Origin: Candidatus Hadarchaeota archaeon
GTDB lineage: Archaea; CAYQAE01; CAYVLA01
Direction: 5' to 3'
Assembly: GCA_964460695.1 (NCBI GenBank)
Contig: CAYWSC010000001.1
Span: forward strand, 1 to 34,960
Length of the DNA: 34,960 nt
Under the pieces are notes generated by a model. That model saw nothing but the letters and a program-made list of their open reading frames with translations, was not told the DNA's origin and ran no database searches. This document shows positions 24,558 to 33,729 of the stretch, piece by piece (within the stretch, counting starts at the first letter, position 1; every line of letters begins with the position of its first letter). The position numbers and the translations under genes are program-made.

Positions 24558-25841
24558 TCAAGCGAATTTGGTCGTTTTGACCGGGCGATAAAGCCTCTTC
24601 CTCACCATAAGTGCCCAGGTAACTGATCCGAAGAACATTGCGGAGCCGGCGACGGCGAGGTATTCGACTGTATACACCCAGAGTAGCGCCCCCTTCTTGA
24701 CCTTCACAGACTCTGCGTTCAGATCGGCCCAGGCCTTGTGGACCTTTTCGAAGACTTGCGAGGCTTGGTCGTATTCGCCCTTCCTGAAATGGTCCTCTGC
24801 GACTTTCTCTAGTGAATTTACCTTTGCTAGCTGTTTGTAGAGCTTGTTAGTGTTCGCTCCAAACTTGTCGACAAATTCGAGCAGGGATACCAGCATCGAG
24901 ACCTTTGCGACATGGGTGTTGATCTCGTCTCTTAGCCTGTGTGCCCGGTAGACGTCCTGCGGAATAGGCTTGTCGACGGCGAAATAGGTTAGGTATATCA
25001 GGAAGTCCTGCCACCAGTCCCACTCGGTCTGCATTCGACCCCCGCAGCCGAGGCTGTAGAAGACCTGGGTCTCTCCCTCGACTTTGCCCTTGCCCGACCA
25101 CCAGTAGGCTATCCATGGATACCTCGTCTCGCCCGAGACAGCCTCAGCGACCAGCGTCGCGCCGGGTTTGGGTTGCACCTTGTTAAGGAGGCCTATTGGA
25201 GGGGAAGTCTTCCAGGGAAGGCGGGATAGCGGATGTCCGTCTGCGGAGGTGGGTCGCAGTGGAAGCCCCATGTAGATATCAGGGTTGTATCCTCAGAGAG
25301 ACTCGAAGGGAAGTATTGTATCGACTACGGTCTCTCCCCACGACGGATTGTTCTGCTCGCCGTGGCCGCCCCAGGAGGAGTCGCCTCCCCACATTGCCAG
25401 GCACATTCCAGCCTCTCGGACACCCTTGACGAACCATACAAGCCATCTGGGATCCAACCTGACTTCTGGTTCCAGAGGATGAGCGTAAGCTACGTTGTTG
25501 AGGACTACGAGATCGTACTTCGAGACCATCTCCTCATAGGTCCTCGGCATATAGATCCTCATCTTTCTGTTCACCTGCTCGGGTTCAACGATTCCGTACC
25601 AGATCGACCAGGCTCCCACCGTTTCGACTCCGACGACGTCCATCGACGGATCCGCCCTAAGTAGTATGTCTCGCCTATATCCATCCTCGCCAACCCAGTC
25701 ATCGGAGCGGCTCATGTAGAGAACGTCTATCCTGTCGGGCTTTCCCGCGCTGAGATGGGGCCCTGCGACAGATGTTGGCATCGTAAGCGCGACCGCGGCT
25801 AAGCAGAGGAGAAGGGCGACCCGGCTGGTGCCCTGCCGCAT
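24558..25841 (-). pseudogene. Family F member F6 (subtype with F2), interrupted by one in-frame TGA (25293-25295)
   Basis: ORFs 25293..25841 (signal peptide MRQGTSRVALLLCLAAVALTMPTSVAG; RIYMPRTYEEMVSKYDLVVLNNV) and 24558..25271 (LEFVDKFGANT; GALLWVYTVEYLAVAGSAMFFGSVTWALMVRKRLYRPVKTTK) are in the same frame. They are separated only by TGA and 7 sense codons. Together they total about 427 codons, near the family length. Confidence 0.75.
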
Positions 25842-25863
25842 GCCTTCGAATCCGAGGGACTGC

Positions 25864-25871
25864 TTATATTT
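25864..25871 (-). promoter_or_regulatory. TATA-like box (AAATATAA on the minus strand) about 26 nt upstream of ATG 25841
   Basis: Lies within the non-homologous upstream extension of tracked ORF 25293..25952. Supports the 25841 start. Confidence 0.45.
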
Positions 25872-25958
25872 CTTGGTCCCGGGAGGGGAGGGGCGAGGCA
25901 GTGAGGATGAAACGTATTTCAACCCGACCTCGGGGCCGAAAATCAGGGGCATGTCTTC

Positions 25959-27011
25959 GTGAAGTTCGAATATCCGAACCGGGAGTACAGGGACAACTTC
26001 CTCAGGGCGCTGGAGTTCCGCTATCCGGACTGGATACCATGCTCGGTTTCATTCTCACTAGCGACTTGGAGGCACTACAGAGAGAAGCTGGAGGACATCG
26101 TCCTTGAGCATCCAAGGCTCTTCGGCAAGTATGAGAGGGGACAGACAGACTTCGATGCCAAGCCACCTGCGTACGCTGAAGGGCTCTACACGGACAACTG
26201 GGGATGCGTGTGGAAGAACATCCAACCGGGACTCGAGGGGCAGGTGGTGGGGCACCCGCTCGAGGATTGGGACGCCCTCGAGAGCTACAGCCCGCCGGAT
26301 CCGCTGGTCTACTCGGAGAGAGGGAGATGGGACTGGAAGAAGATAGAGGAGAACATAAGGTGGCGTAGAGAGCACGGCCTTCTCACGTCTGGCAACGGAG
26401 AGCGTCTCTTCGACAGGCTCTACTTCCTCAGGGGGTTCAAGAACCTCATGCGGGACATAGTCACGGGTGACCCTCGCCTCCCAAGGCTGATCAAGATGCT
26501 TGAGGAACACGAGCTGAAGCTGATAAACAGGTGGCTCGAGATAGGGGTTGACATCATGAGCTTCCACACAGACATAGGGATGCAGACAGGGCTGATGATC
26601 AGTCCAGCACAGTTCCGAAGGTACATCAAGCCCATGTTCAAGAAGCTCTTTATGACCTGCCGCAAGGCAGGGGTTCATGTCGGACTTTCCTCCGACGGGA
26701 GGCTTCTGGATATCGTAGACGACCTCGTGGAGTGCGGGGTGTCCGTTCACGACCCGCAATTCAGGGCAAATACCCTCGAAGGGATAGAGAGGGAGTACAA
26801 GGGGAAGATGTGCATAGATCTGGATCTAGACAGACAGATGTTTGCCTTCTGCAGGCCAGAGGACATATGGAACCAGATCAGGGAGTCTGTCGAGAGGCTG
26901 AACTCACCAGATGGCGGCCTGATGATGAAGGCCGAGGTCAACGGAACCAACGTCCCCCTCGAGAACATAAGGGCAATCTGCGAGGCGATGGAGGAGTATT
27001 GCTTCCCCTAG
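25959..27011 (+). CDS. Uroporphyrinogen-decarboxylase (URO-D)-like family protein
   Basis: 350-aa ORF with GTG start. The overall pattern is typical of URO-D/MtaA-like TIM barrels: GERLFDRLYFLRGFKNLMRDI, INRWLEIGVDIMSFHTDIGMQTGLMISPAQFRRYIKPMFKKL, VHVGLSSDGRLLDIVDDLVECGVSVHDPQ. The substrate is unknown. Confidence 0.65.
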   Translation: MKFEYPNREYRDNFLRALEFRYPDWIPCSVSFSLATWRHYREKLEDIVLEHPRLFGKYERGQTDFDAKPPAYAEGLYTDNWGCVWKNIQPGLEGQVVGHPLEDWDALESYSPPDPLVYSERGRWDWKKIEENIRWRREHGLLTSGNGERLFDRLYFLRGFKNLMRDIVTGDPRLPRLIKMLEEHELKLINRWLEIGVDIMSFHTDIGMQTGLMISPAQFRRYIKPMFKKLFMTCRKAGVHVGLSSDGRLLDIVDDLVECGVSVHDPQFRANTLEGIEREYKGKMCIDLDLDRQMFAFCRPEDIWNQIRESVERLNSPDGGLMMKAEVNGTNVPLENIRAICEAMEEYCFP

Positions 27012-27074
27012 AGTCCTAGCGCTCTACGGCTAAAGCCCATGAACGTAGCTTGGGACCGATCCCGCACGACCGCC

Positions 27075-28410
27075 TCATCTGGGTAGCCATATCCGTCGAC
27101 GGACGAAGAATCCGGAGAGGAGAAACAGGAAGGCAAATCCCCTCTCCGAAACCCTCACCTTGAAGAAGTAGGGATCGCCCCTGCTGCCGTACTGGCTTGT
27201 AAAGGAACCTATGATGTAATCATCCTCCGTTATCGTGCGAAAGCCGCCGATAGAGTAGATGGAGTTGGGTATCGGATCGCTGATGGCCCAGTCGTGCCAA
27301 CTTTCGCCGTTGTCGTAGCTTACAATCACACCGATTCGCGTGTAGTTTGTTCTGCCGACGAAGTAGAGGGGGGGAAGAGCCGGGCCCTGTGACGAAGAAG
27401 CCGTCAAGACCTAGGATCGATATGGTGTCTCCGCTCCAGACTGGTTGTATGCGTATGTCTGTCTCTCCAGAGACAAGGTCCAGCCTGACGTATTCCTCCC
27501 TCGGCTGGGGTGTCTGGGCCATATAGGCGAAGTGAACCTTGCCGTCCTTTACAACCATGCTGGAGAGCCACGTGTGGTACTCGAGCTCGTCTGGGAGAAC
27601 GATCTCGTCCGATTTTCCAGAGTTGTCCGGCTTTATCGGGCAGTACAGCCTGGTGCCGTTAGCCGTGAACCACGTCTTGCCGTCGTCTGGGCTTCTTGCG
27701 TAGTGGATGTCCCAGTACAGGTACTTGTCCAGCTTCTGGGTTGTCCACGCGTGATGCAGCGTTCCATCCCGTCCTACGTAGAGGTGGGGATACTGCGTCT
27801 GCGCGTACCGGCCGCTGGTTTCGACTACCTGTTTCCAACTGATCAAGTGGCCATCGGTTGCATTGATGACAAGCATCTTGCCGTAGTGGTTGAAGACGTA
27901 GAGCTTTCCAGCTCGGTAAAACATGCAGTACTTTCCGCTTTCAGCCCCATTGAAACTCCAGATGTCTGGGTCGGTGAAGTTCTTGTCGGCGAGAAAGCGG
28001 AAGATCAGAAGCGGCCTGTTTCGGTCGGTTGCATCTCCGCAGAGTGCGTATATGTTTCCCGCCTCGTCGGTCTCGATACAGGCAGCCTTCGACCCAACCT
28101 CTGGGGACGTATATATCACGCTGAACGTGGCTCCACCATCCGTGCTGCGGAGCAGCCTCCAGAATCCCGGCCACGGCGGCGTGTCCTCGTAGTCAACAAG
28201 GTAGGTCAGGAACATGCCGTGGCTATTCTGCAGGACCTTCTGGTTGTGGTTTTGGAACGTCGCGTAGTAGGTGCAGTTGGTGTCAAGCTTGACTAGATGG
28301 ACCTTCTCGAGGGCGTGGCCAGCCCCGGCGCTTGAAAAGAGTGGGGTGAGCAGGACGACGGACGTCCACCACAAGGAGGCTCTCAACAGTGCCGCCGGCT
28401 CTTTGGCCAT
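27075..28410 (-). pseudogene. BNR/Asp-box beta-propeller (sialidase-like fold) exported protein with a C-terminal TM anchor, disrupted by a 1-nt frameshift at a G7/C7 run (27368-27374)
   Basis: Start MAKEPAALLRASLWWTSVVLLTPLFSSAGA at 28410. Asp-boxes STDGGATF, SPDDGKTW and, after the shift, SYDNGESW. Removing one C from the run joins ...GLDGFFVTGPGSSP to LYFVGRTNYTRIGVIVSYDNGESW... The protein ends FAFLFLLSGFFV followed by RRRIWLPR. This could be a sequencing indel rather than a real lesion. Confidence 0.7.
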
Positions 28411-28472
28411 GGCGAATGTCGATGACCGATTGGTAAAGAAATCTTGGCAACAGGGGCTGTGTCGCACCTTGC

Positions 28473-30866
28473 TTACCCAATCACCTTGGTGGCCTCTGCA
28501 AGGTTGATTCTGTTTGCCTTTCTCAGGGCGGGTATCTGTGAGACGAAGGCGGTGACCAGTATGAGGATGGTTACAAGCACGCAGCTTGGGAGGGAGAGGT
28601 GGAAGGGGAAATAGAAATCGGAGCTGCTCGTCCAGACCCTGAATATGTACAGGGAGGTGAGTATGCCTACGACGATTCCGCCTGGGATGGACAGAATCCC
28701 CACCAAGAGGTTCTCGAGGGCGACCAACCTTGCAACCGAACCTCTGCTCTGCCCGAGGGCACGCATCGTCGCCAGCTCTCTCTCCCGCTCCAGGACGTTT
28801 ATCGTCGTGATGTTCAAGATCACGGCACCGGCTATGGCAAGCCCGAAGGCTAGGAAGATACCCATCATCACGTAGTACATACCCAGAAGCGATCTCCATC
28901 CGTCTTCAAGATCCTTCTTGACCTCTACGTTAGATATGCCAGGGAGATGGTAGAGCTCCCTTGTTACGTCGTCTAGCGTGTCCCTATCGACAGATATCAA
29001 GACCCCGTTGAAGATCTCTAGTCCTCCTGCAAACTTCTCTCGGATCCAAGAGAGGTTGACGTAAGCTCTCGGCGAGGTGGCTTCCTTGCTTTCAACTGCT
29101 GCTTCGAGGCTGACCGTGCTGAAGGGCGTTCGTACAGAGACGTTATCTCCGCTCCTTATCCCGAGCTGGCGGCCGATGTTAATGGGCAAGAGGATCACTC
29201 CTGGCCTTAGGACGGTCCTCGGGCCGGTCTTTGGAGGTAGCTGAAAACCGTGGAGTGTAGAGCCCGGGTCTATGGCCACGATGTAGACCTCCTTTTCCGC
29301 TCCTCCAGCCCTTACCACGGCTGGGGTTTCAAGTGTCGGCTCGGCCCGCATCACGCCTTGGATGCTAGTGATGCGAGCCAGGACGGTAGGGAGCTGGGGT
29401 AGTGAGAAGACCGGATGTAGATCCCAAAGGTCAGTCCTGTTGAATTGCAGATCCAATGTATAGTTTAAGGCGTCGAAAAGTGACCATGAGGATAGGAGGA
29501 CCACAAAGGCGAAGAAAAACCCAGCGGCGGAGGTGGCTGTTCGCCGGCGGTTTCTGGATATGTTGCGGAGAACGATCTTCCAGTTCGTGTTCAGCCTGAC
29601 GAGCCTTCCGAGGAGCTTTTCCACCAGTGAGACCGATCCGCCAGCTGCGGGAAGCGAGGGATCTGTTCTCATGGCTATGGAAGGAGCGATCTTCGCGGAG
29701 GATCGGGCGGGAAAGAATCCCGAGACGAGGCAGACAAAGACGGTGAGGAGGAACGCACCTAGGGCAGCAGACGTGTGGAGGCCAGCCTGGACGAAGGGCA
29801 GTCCGAGTTCTCGTGCGTAGGCCTCTGCGATAACTCTGCCAGCCGGGTAGCTGGCAATCAGGCCTGCCGCTGATCCGGACAAACCTATGATGAGCGAGTA
29901 GAGCATGTAATGGCTGGCGATCGTAGAGCTCGAGTATCCAAGCGCCTTCATGATTCCTATCTGGACCCGTTGTGCAAATACCATCCTGCTGAGCAGCACA
30001 TAGATTGACATGGCGGCGACCAGGAGAAACACACCGGAGACCACGCTCATCATTTCTCGCCCGTCCTCTAGGTCCATCATCAGGAGGTTGTAGGACGGAT
30101 TGTCAGATCTCTTCGAGATGGACTTGACGGGTAGCCCTTCGAGAGAGGACTCGATCTTCGCGAGTACTGGGGAGATATTACGTCTAGACCCTTCACGCAG
30201 AGAAATGCAAAGCTGGTTCACGCTGGCGTCGATCCCTAGGAGACGCTCCAGCTTGACTTGGTCGACGAAGAGAATGGCAAAGCCCCCTGGAAAGGGTAGG
30301 GGGTTTTGCTTGGACGAGACCGCCATGAGGTACTCGGGGCTGATAGCAGTACCGACGACTTGAACGGCGTGGTGCTCCCCATCTATCACTATGTCGAGGC
30401 TTTGGCCCGGCTCGATGTGGTGGTAGTCGGCGAAGTGGTGGTCGAGGATGGCGGATATTTCCTCGTCGGGATGCAGATATCGACCCTTCAGAAGGTGAAG
30501 CTGATTTATCGTCGGCATGCCCGTGGCGGGGATGCCAACGAGGCGTGCATGAACCTGCTTGCCATTTGACAGGAAGAGCCCGGTGTCCCAGACGAGCCGC
30601 CCTAGGATCTCCCCGACGCCTTCAACGCTGGAAAGCCTCTCAGACACATTTGCCGGAAGGGGCCTGTCGAAGGTGACGAGGATGTCTTGGAAGTGTAGCT
30701 GATCCAGCGTTCGGTTTATGGATCTTTCCACATCCTCGATCATCCCGGTCATGCCGGAGAAGCTGAGGGTGCCGAGGAATACGATGAGCACGAGGGCCGA
30801 GAACTGCCACTTCTGGTTAGAGATATCGCGGAGCAGCTTCAGGTGGATCTTCCTCAAGTCTACCAC
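28473..30866 (-). CDS. ABC transporter permease, FtsX/MacB type with two FtsX modules
   Basis: 797-aa ORF. Two copies of the FtsX signature region (IGIMKALGYSSSTIASHYMLYSLIIGLSG and LATMRALGQSRGSVARLVALENLLVGILSIPGG). Each follows a large hydrophilic loop and is flanked by hydrophobic helices. The GTG start overlaps the ATPase stop by 7 nt. Confidence 0.88.
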   Translation of the reverse strand: MVDLRKIHLKLLRDISNQKWQFSALVLIVFLGTLSFSGMTGMIEDVERSINRTLDQLHFQDILVTFDRPLPANVSERLSSVEGVGEILGRLVWDTGLFLSNGKQVHARLVGIPATGMPTINQLHLLKGRYLHPDEEISAILDHHFADYHHIEPGQSLDIVIDGEHHAVQVVGTAISPEYLMAVSSKQNPLPFPGGFAILFVDQVKLERLLGIDASVNQLCISLREGSRRNISPVLAKIESSLEGLPVKSISKRSDNPSYNLLMMDLEDGREMMSVVSGVFLLVAAMSIYVLLSRMVFAQRVQIGIMKALGYSSSTIASHYMLYSLIIGLSGSAAGLIASYPAGRVIAEAYARELGLPFVQAGLHTSAALGAFLLTVFVCLVSGFFPARSSAKIAPSIAMRTDPSLPAAGGSVSLVEKLLGRLVRLNTNWKIVLRNISRNRRRTATSAAGFFFAFVVLLSSWSLFDALNYTLDLQFNRTDLWDLHPVFSLPQLPTVLARITSIQGVMRAEPTLETPAVVRAGGAEKEVYIVAIDPGSTLHGFQLPPKTGPRTVLRPGVILLPINIGRQLGIRSGDNVSVRTPFSTVSLEAAVESKEATSPRAYVNLSWIREKFAGGLEIFNGVLISVDRDTLDDVTRELYHLPGISNVEVKKDLEDGWRSLLGMYYVMMGIFLAFGLAIAGAVILNITTINVLERERELATMRALGQSRGSVARLVALENLLVGILSIPGGIVVGILTSLYIFRVWTSSSDFYFPFHLSLPSCVLVTILILVTAFVSQIPALRKANRINLAEATKVIG

Positions 30867-31591
30867 TCGACCTCATCTGCGTCCAGGAGTCGCTTGTTGA
30901 CCTCAACAGATTTGATCCGTCCGTCGCGAAGGTGCACAACCCGCTGAGCCATAGCGGCGATTGCTGCGTTATGCGTAACGATGATGACGGTTCGCCCATC
31001 CTTCTGACTTAACTCTTGGATTACCTTCAGCACCTTTCTCCCCATTTCGAGGTCTAGGTTTCCCGTCGGCTCGTCTGCCAGAAGGATGGGAGGGTCCTTC
31101 GAGAGGGCTCTGGCTATGGCGACTCGCTGTTGCTCGCCTCCCGACAGCTGGCTGGGGAAGTGGTCTGCTCGGTCATCCAATCCGACCCTTCCAAGCAGCT
31201 CCAACGCCTTCTCGCGGATCTTGTCGCGGTCGTCCTCAACCAGTTCGAGTGCGAACTCGACGTTCTCCCGGGCCGTTAGAGTTGGAAGAAGATTGAAGAA
31301 CTGGAAGATGAAGCCAACCTGCATCCTGCGGTACTGTTCTAGCTTTTTCTCGTCGTACCCAGCAATATCTACAGAACCAACGGTGATCTTGCCGCTGGAA
31401 GGGGTGTCTAGGCCGCCGATGAGGTTCAGGAGCGTCGTCTTGCCCGATCCCGATGGGCCTCGCACGACGAGCAGTTCGCCCGCAGAGATCTCTAGATCTA
31501 TCTCACGGAGGGCGTGGACAGCGACCTGTCCCATGTGGTAGGTCTTCGAGACGGACTGCAGAGTTATCTCCGTTGCGCGGGGCATCGTCAA
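30860..31591 (-). CDS. ABC transporter ATP-binding protein (MacB/LolD-like subfamily)
   Basis: Walker [10 protein letters not shown], signature [15 protein letters not shown], Walker [14 protein letters not shown]-loop VTHN. The start is TTG 31591 or ATG 31585. Confidence 0.92.
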   Translation of the reverse strand: MTMPRATEITLQSVSKTYHMGQVAVHALREIDLEISAGELLVVRGPSGSGKTTLLNLIGGLDTPSSGKITVGSVDIAGYDEKKLEQYRRMQVGFIFQFFNLLPTLTARENVEFALELVEDDRDKIREKALELLGRVGLDDRADHFPSQLSGGEQQRVAIARALSKDPPILLADEPTGNLDLEMGRKVLKVIQELSQKDGRTVIIVTHNAAIAAMAQRVVHLRDGRIKSVEVNKRLLDADEVEW

Positions 31592-31743
31592 CCCCCAACC
31601 TACAGCCGCCGCTTCCGATTAATCTTTCGGGGCATTGGGACATTGGTTCTACGGGGAGTCGCCCACATCTGTGTGTTGCCACAGTCTGGCATTGCAGCCT
31701 GGTTGGCCAACAATTATCACCAGTTGCGAGACTCTTCCTCTGG

Positions 31744-32835
31744 ATGAGACTGCTCTTCGCAACGTCCGGAGTTGGACTCGGACACGTCGTCAGGGACGTG
31801 AACCTAGCGAGACACATGCCTTGGGCGGAAATCGACTGGATTAGTTCTGGAATCGCCGTCAAGTACCTTGAGGAGAGGGGGGAGCGGATTCATAATCTCT
31901 CACTTCATCTCTGTTCTCTGAATCCTGTCATTGAGAGGGCCTTCTCAACCGGCAGGCTCAAACTCGGCCTCGGAGAGATGGTCAGTCTCTACCGCTGGGT
32001 TAGGAGGAACGTCAGGCTTCTTGAACGTCACCTAAGCCTAGGTGAATACGACGGCGTGGTGGGGGATGAGTTCTGGGAGCTCCTACTTTCAAGGAAAAGC
32101 CACGATAAGATCGCGTTCATAACAGACTTCATCCGTTTCAAGCCTCAGCGGCGATCCTTGTCGCAGCGCCTCATACTGCCCTACGTTAACAGCCGCCTCC
32201 AAGAGGCGTACCGCAAAGTTGGATGCAGGATCTACGTTGGACTTCGGGGAGAAGAGGACGCGCAACGGGCAGGGTTTGAATACTACGGGCAGATCTTCTC
32301 GCACGGCCCCGTGAGCCGCGGACAAGAAGCCGACCGGGATTTGGCCGTCATAAACATCGGCGGTACCTGGGCGGGGAAACCCCTCGTAGCTATGGGGAGA
32401 GAGGCTGCCACGTCGTTCGGGCTGGATGTACAGATCATTGGTCCGGGACCCTACTTCAACCCGAACCCTCTTCCGCTAATCTCGTCAGCCAGGGTCATGA
32501 TCACCATCGCGGGGTACTCAAGCCTCCTCGAGGCGGCTAGGCTTAGGAAGAGAGCGGTCATTGTACCCCTCGGAGGGGACTTTGAGCAGCATGAAAATGC
32601 GCAAGCCTTCGAGGGCAGGGCCGGCTACCGGGTCATTCCTATGGACGAGCTGTCCTCAAGGGGACTAAGAGAGGCGATCTCCACTGTGCTCGACGAGGAG
32701 CCCGATCCCCCAGATCTGGTTGACGGAAGCTATGTGATCGCCAGAAGGCTGGGGATCTTCTTCGATTCTCATCAGCGGCAAAGAACCCCCTGCTCCTGTG
32801 GGAAAAGTATTATGAGGGCTTCATCGGCCTCATAA
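31744..32835 (+). CDS. GT-B fold glycosyltransferase, MurG/GT28-like
   Basis: Start at MRLLFATSGVGLGHVVRD, a Gly-rich N-terminal loop like the MurG G-loop. The C-terminal half has ARVMITIAGYSSLLEAARLRKRAVIVPL...EQHENAQ, like the GT28 C-terminal donor-binding region. The tracked upstream extension to 31453 overlaps the divergent ABC gene and is rejected. Confidence 0.65.
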   Translation: MRLLFATSGVGLGHVVRDVNLARHMPWAEIDWISSGIAVKYLEERGERIHNLSLHLCSLNPVIERAFSTGRLKLGLGEMVSLYRWVRRNVRLLERHLSLGEYDGVVGDEFWELLLSRKSHDKIAFITDFIRFKPQRRSLSQRLILPYVNSRLQEAYRKVGCRIYVGLRGEEDAQRAGFEYYGQIFSHGPVSRGQEADRDLAVINIGGTWAGKPLVAMGREAATSFGLDVQIIGPGPYFNPNPLPLISSARVMITIAGYSSLLEAARLRKRAVIVPLGGDFEQHENAQAFEGRAGYRVIPMDELSSRGLREAISTVLDEEPDPPDLVDGSYVIARRLGIFFDSHQRQRTPCSCGKSIMRASSAS

Positions 32836-32837
32836 AC

Positions 32838-33650
32838 ATGACGCTCCGGATCCCTGCGTGGTACTACCAACAGTTCGACGCCGACTACAGTCTCGACGTT
32901 CCCGCAGAGGGGTTCGGTGGATGGAAAAAGACGACGATAGAACTTGTTGCTGAGCATACGGCGCTTGTCGTCATGCACGCCTGGGACTGTGGGACGAGGG
33001 AACAGTACCCCGGATGGTTTCGGTGCGTCGAATATATTCCTAGGTCCTACGAGATCTGCAGGAAGGTGTTTCCAAGGCTGCTGTCAGCTGTCAGGCGATC
33101 TCCACTTCGCCTGTTCCACGTCGTGGGTGGCTCGGGGTACTATGAGCAGTATCCTGGGTACAAGAGGGCTCTCGAGCTGGCAGGTCCGAGCCCCCAGCCC
33201 CCGGAGAGGATCGAGAGCGATCCGTATCTGGAGAAGCTGAGGAAGTTCAAGACGGATTACTCCTTCATAGGGGCCCACAACAAGGACGACGTGGAGCGGG
33301 GATTCAAGAAGATAGACTTCCCAGAAGAGGCTCGGCCGCAGGGAGATGAAGGGGTCGCCAAGGACGGGCACCAGCTCTTCGTACTGTGCAAGGACGCTGG
33401 CGTGAACCACCTCGTCTACGTCGGATTCGCGATAAACTGGTGCCTATTGTTGTCGCCCGGCGGCATGTGGGATATGAATAGGCGGGGCTTCATGTGCTCG
33501 ACCATTAGAGAGGCCACCACCGCTGTGGAGAATAGGGAGAGTGCTAGGAAGCAGCTATGCAAGGAGCTGGCACTGTGGAGGGTTGCCCTCGCATTCGGCT
33601 TCGTATTTGAAGTTGACGAGTTCGTAGACGCGGTTCTCCAAGTGTCCTAG
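32838..33650 (+). CDS. Hypothetical protein, possibly an isochorismatase-like cysteine hydrolase
   Basis: 270-aa ORF starting 2 nt after the glycosyltransferase stop. TALVVMHAWDCG and HLVYVGFAINWCLLLS resemble the beta-strand/Cys blocks of isochorismatase-family proteins. The resemblance is weak. Confidence 0.4.
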   Translation: MTLRIPAWYYQQFDADYSLDVPAEGFGGWKKTTIELVAEHTALVVMHAWDCGTREQYPGWFRCVEYIPRSYEICRKVFPRLLSAVRRSPLRLFHVVGGSGYYEQYPGYKRALELAGPSPQPPERIESDPYLEKLRKFKTDYSFIGAHNKDDVERGFKKIDFPEEARPQGDEGVAKDGHQLFVLCKDAGVNHLVYVGFAINWCLLLSPGGMWDMNRRGFMCSTIREATTAVENRESARKQLCKELALWRVALAFGFVFEVDEFVDAVLQVS

Positions 33651-33729
33651 AGGTCAGCTTCGGAGACTTCGCCAGACTTTTCCCGGAACCTATTGCCTTG
33701 ATCTCCATACGCGTTCGTGTGGGAAGACG

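Noticed and set aside
25293-25295. Selenocysteine, or genome-wide reassignment of TGA, as the explanation for the in-frame stop in F6
   Set aside because: Many clearly complete genes in the window terminate with TGA. Paralogs have no Cys at the equivalent position. I could not see an obvious stable hairpin nearby. The site remains listed as a finding because read-through cannot be excluded by eye.
28411-28899. Upstream extension of tracked ORF 27220..28899 into the ABC permease gene
   Set aside because: The extension is Arg/Pro/Gly-rich low-complexity sequence overlapping the 3' end of the permease CDS in another frame. The BNR protein's signal peptide starts at ATG 28410.
31614-31720. Weak A/T boxes (AAGATTAAT on the minus strand at about 31614-31622; AATTAT at about 31712-31717) as promoters for the ABC operon and the glycosyltransferase gene
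   Set aside because: The spacing of about 29 nt is suggestive, but the motifs are poor TATA matches and the ABC start codon itself is ambiguous. They are mentioned here only and not annotated.
31453-31743. 97-codon extension of the glycosyltransferase ORF
   Set aside because: It overlaps the 5' end of the divergent ABC ATPase gene. The GT-B Gly-rich loop MRLLFATSGVGLGH is the typical extreme N-terminus of MurG-like enzymes.
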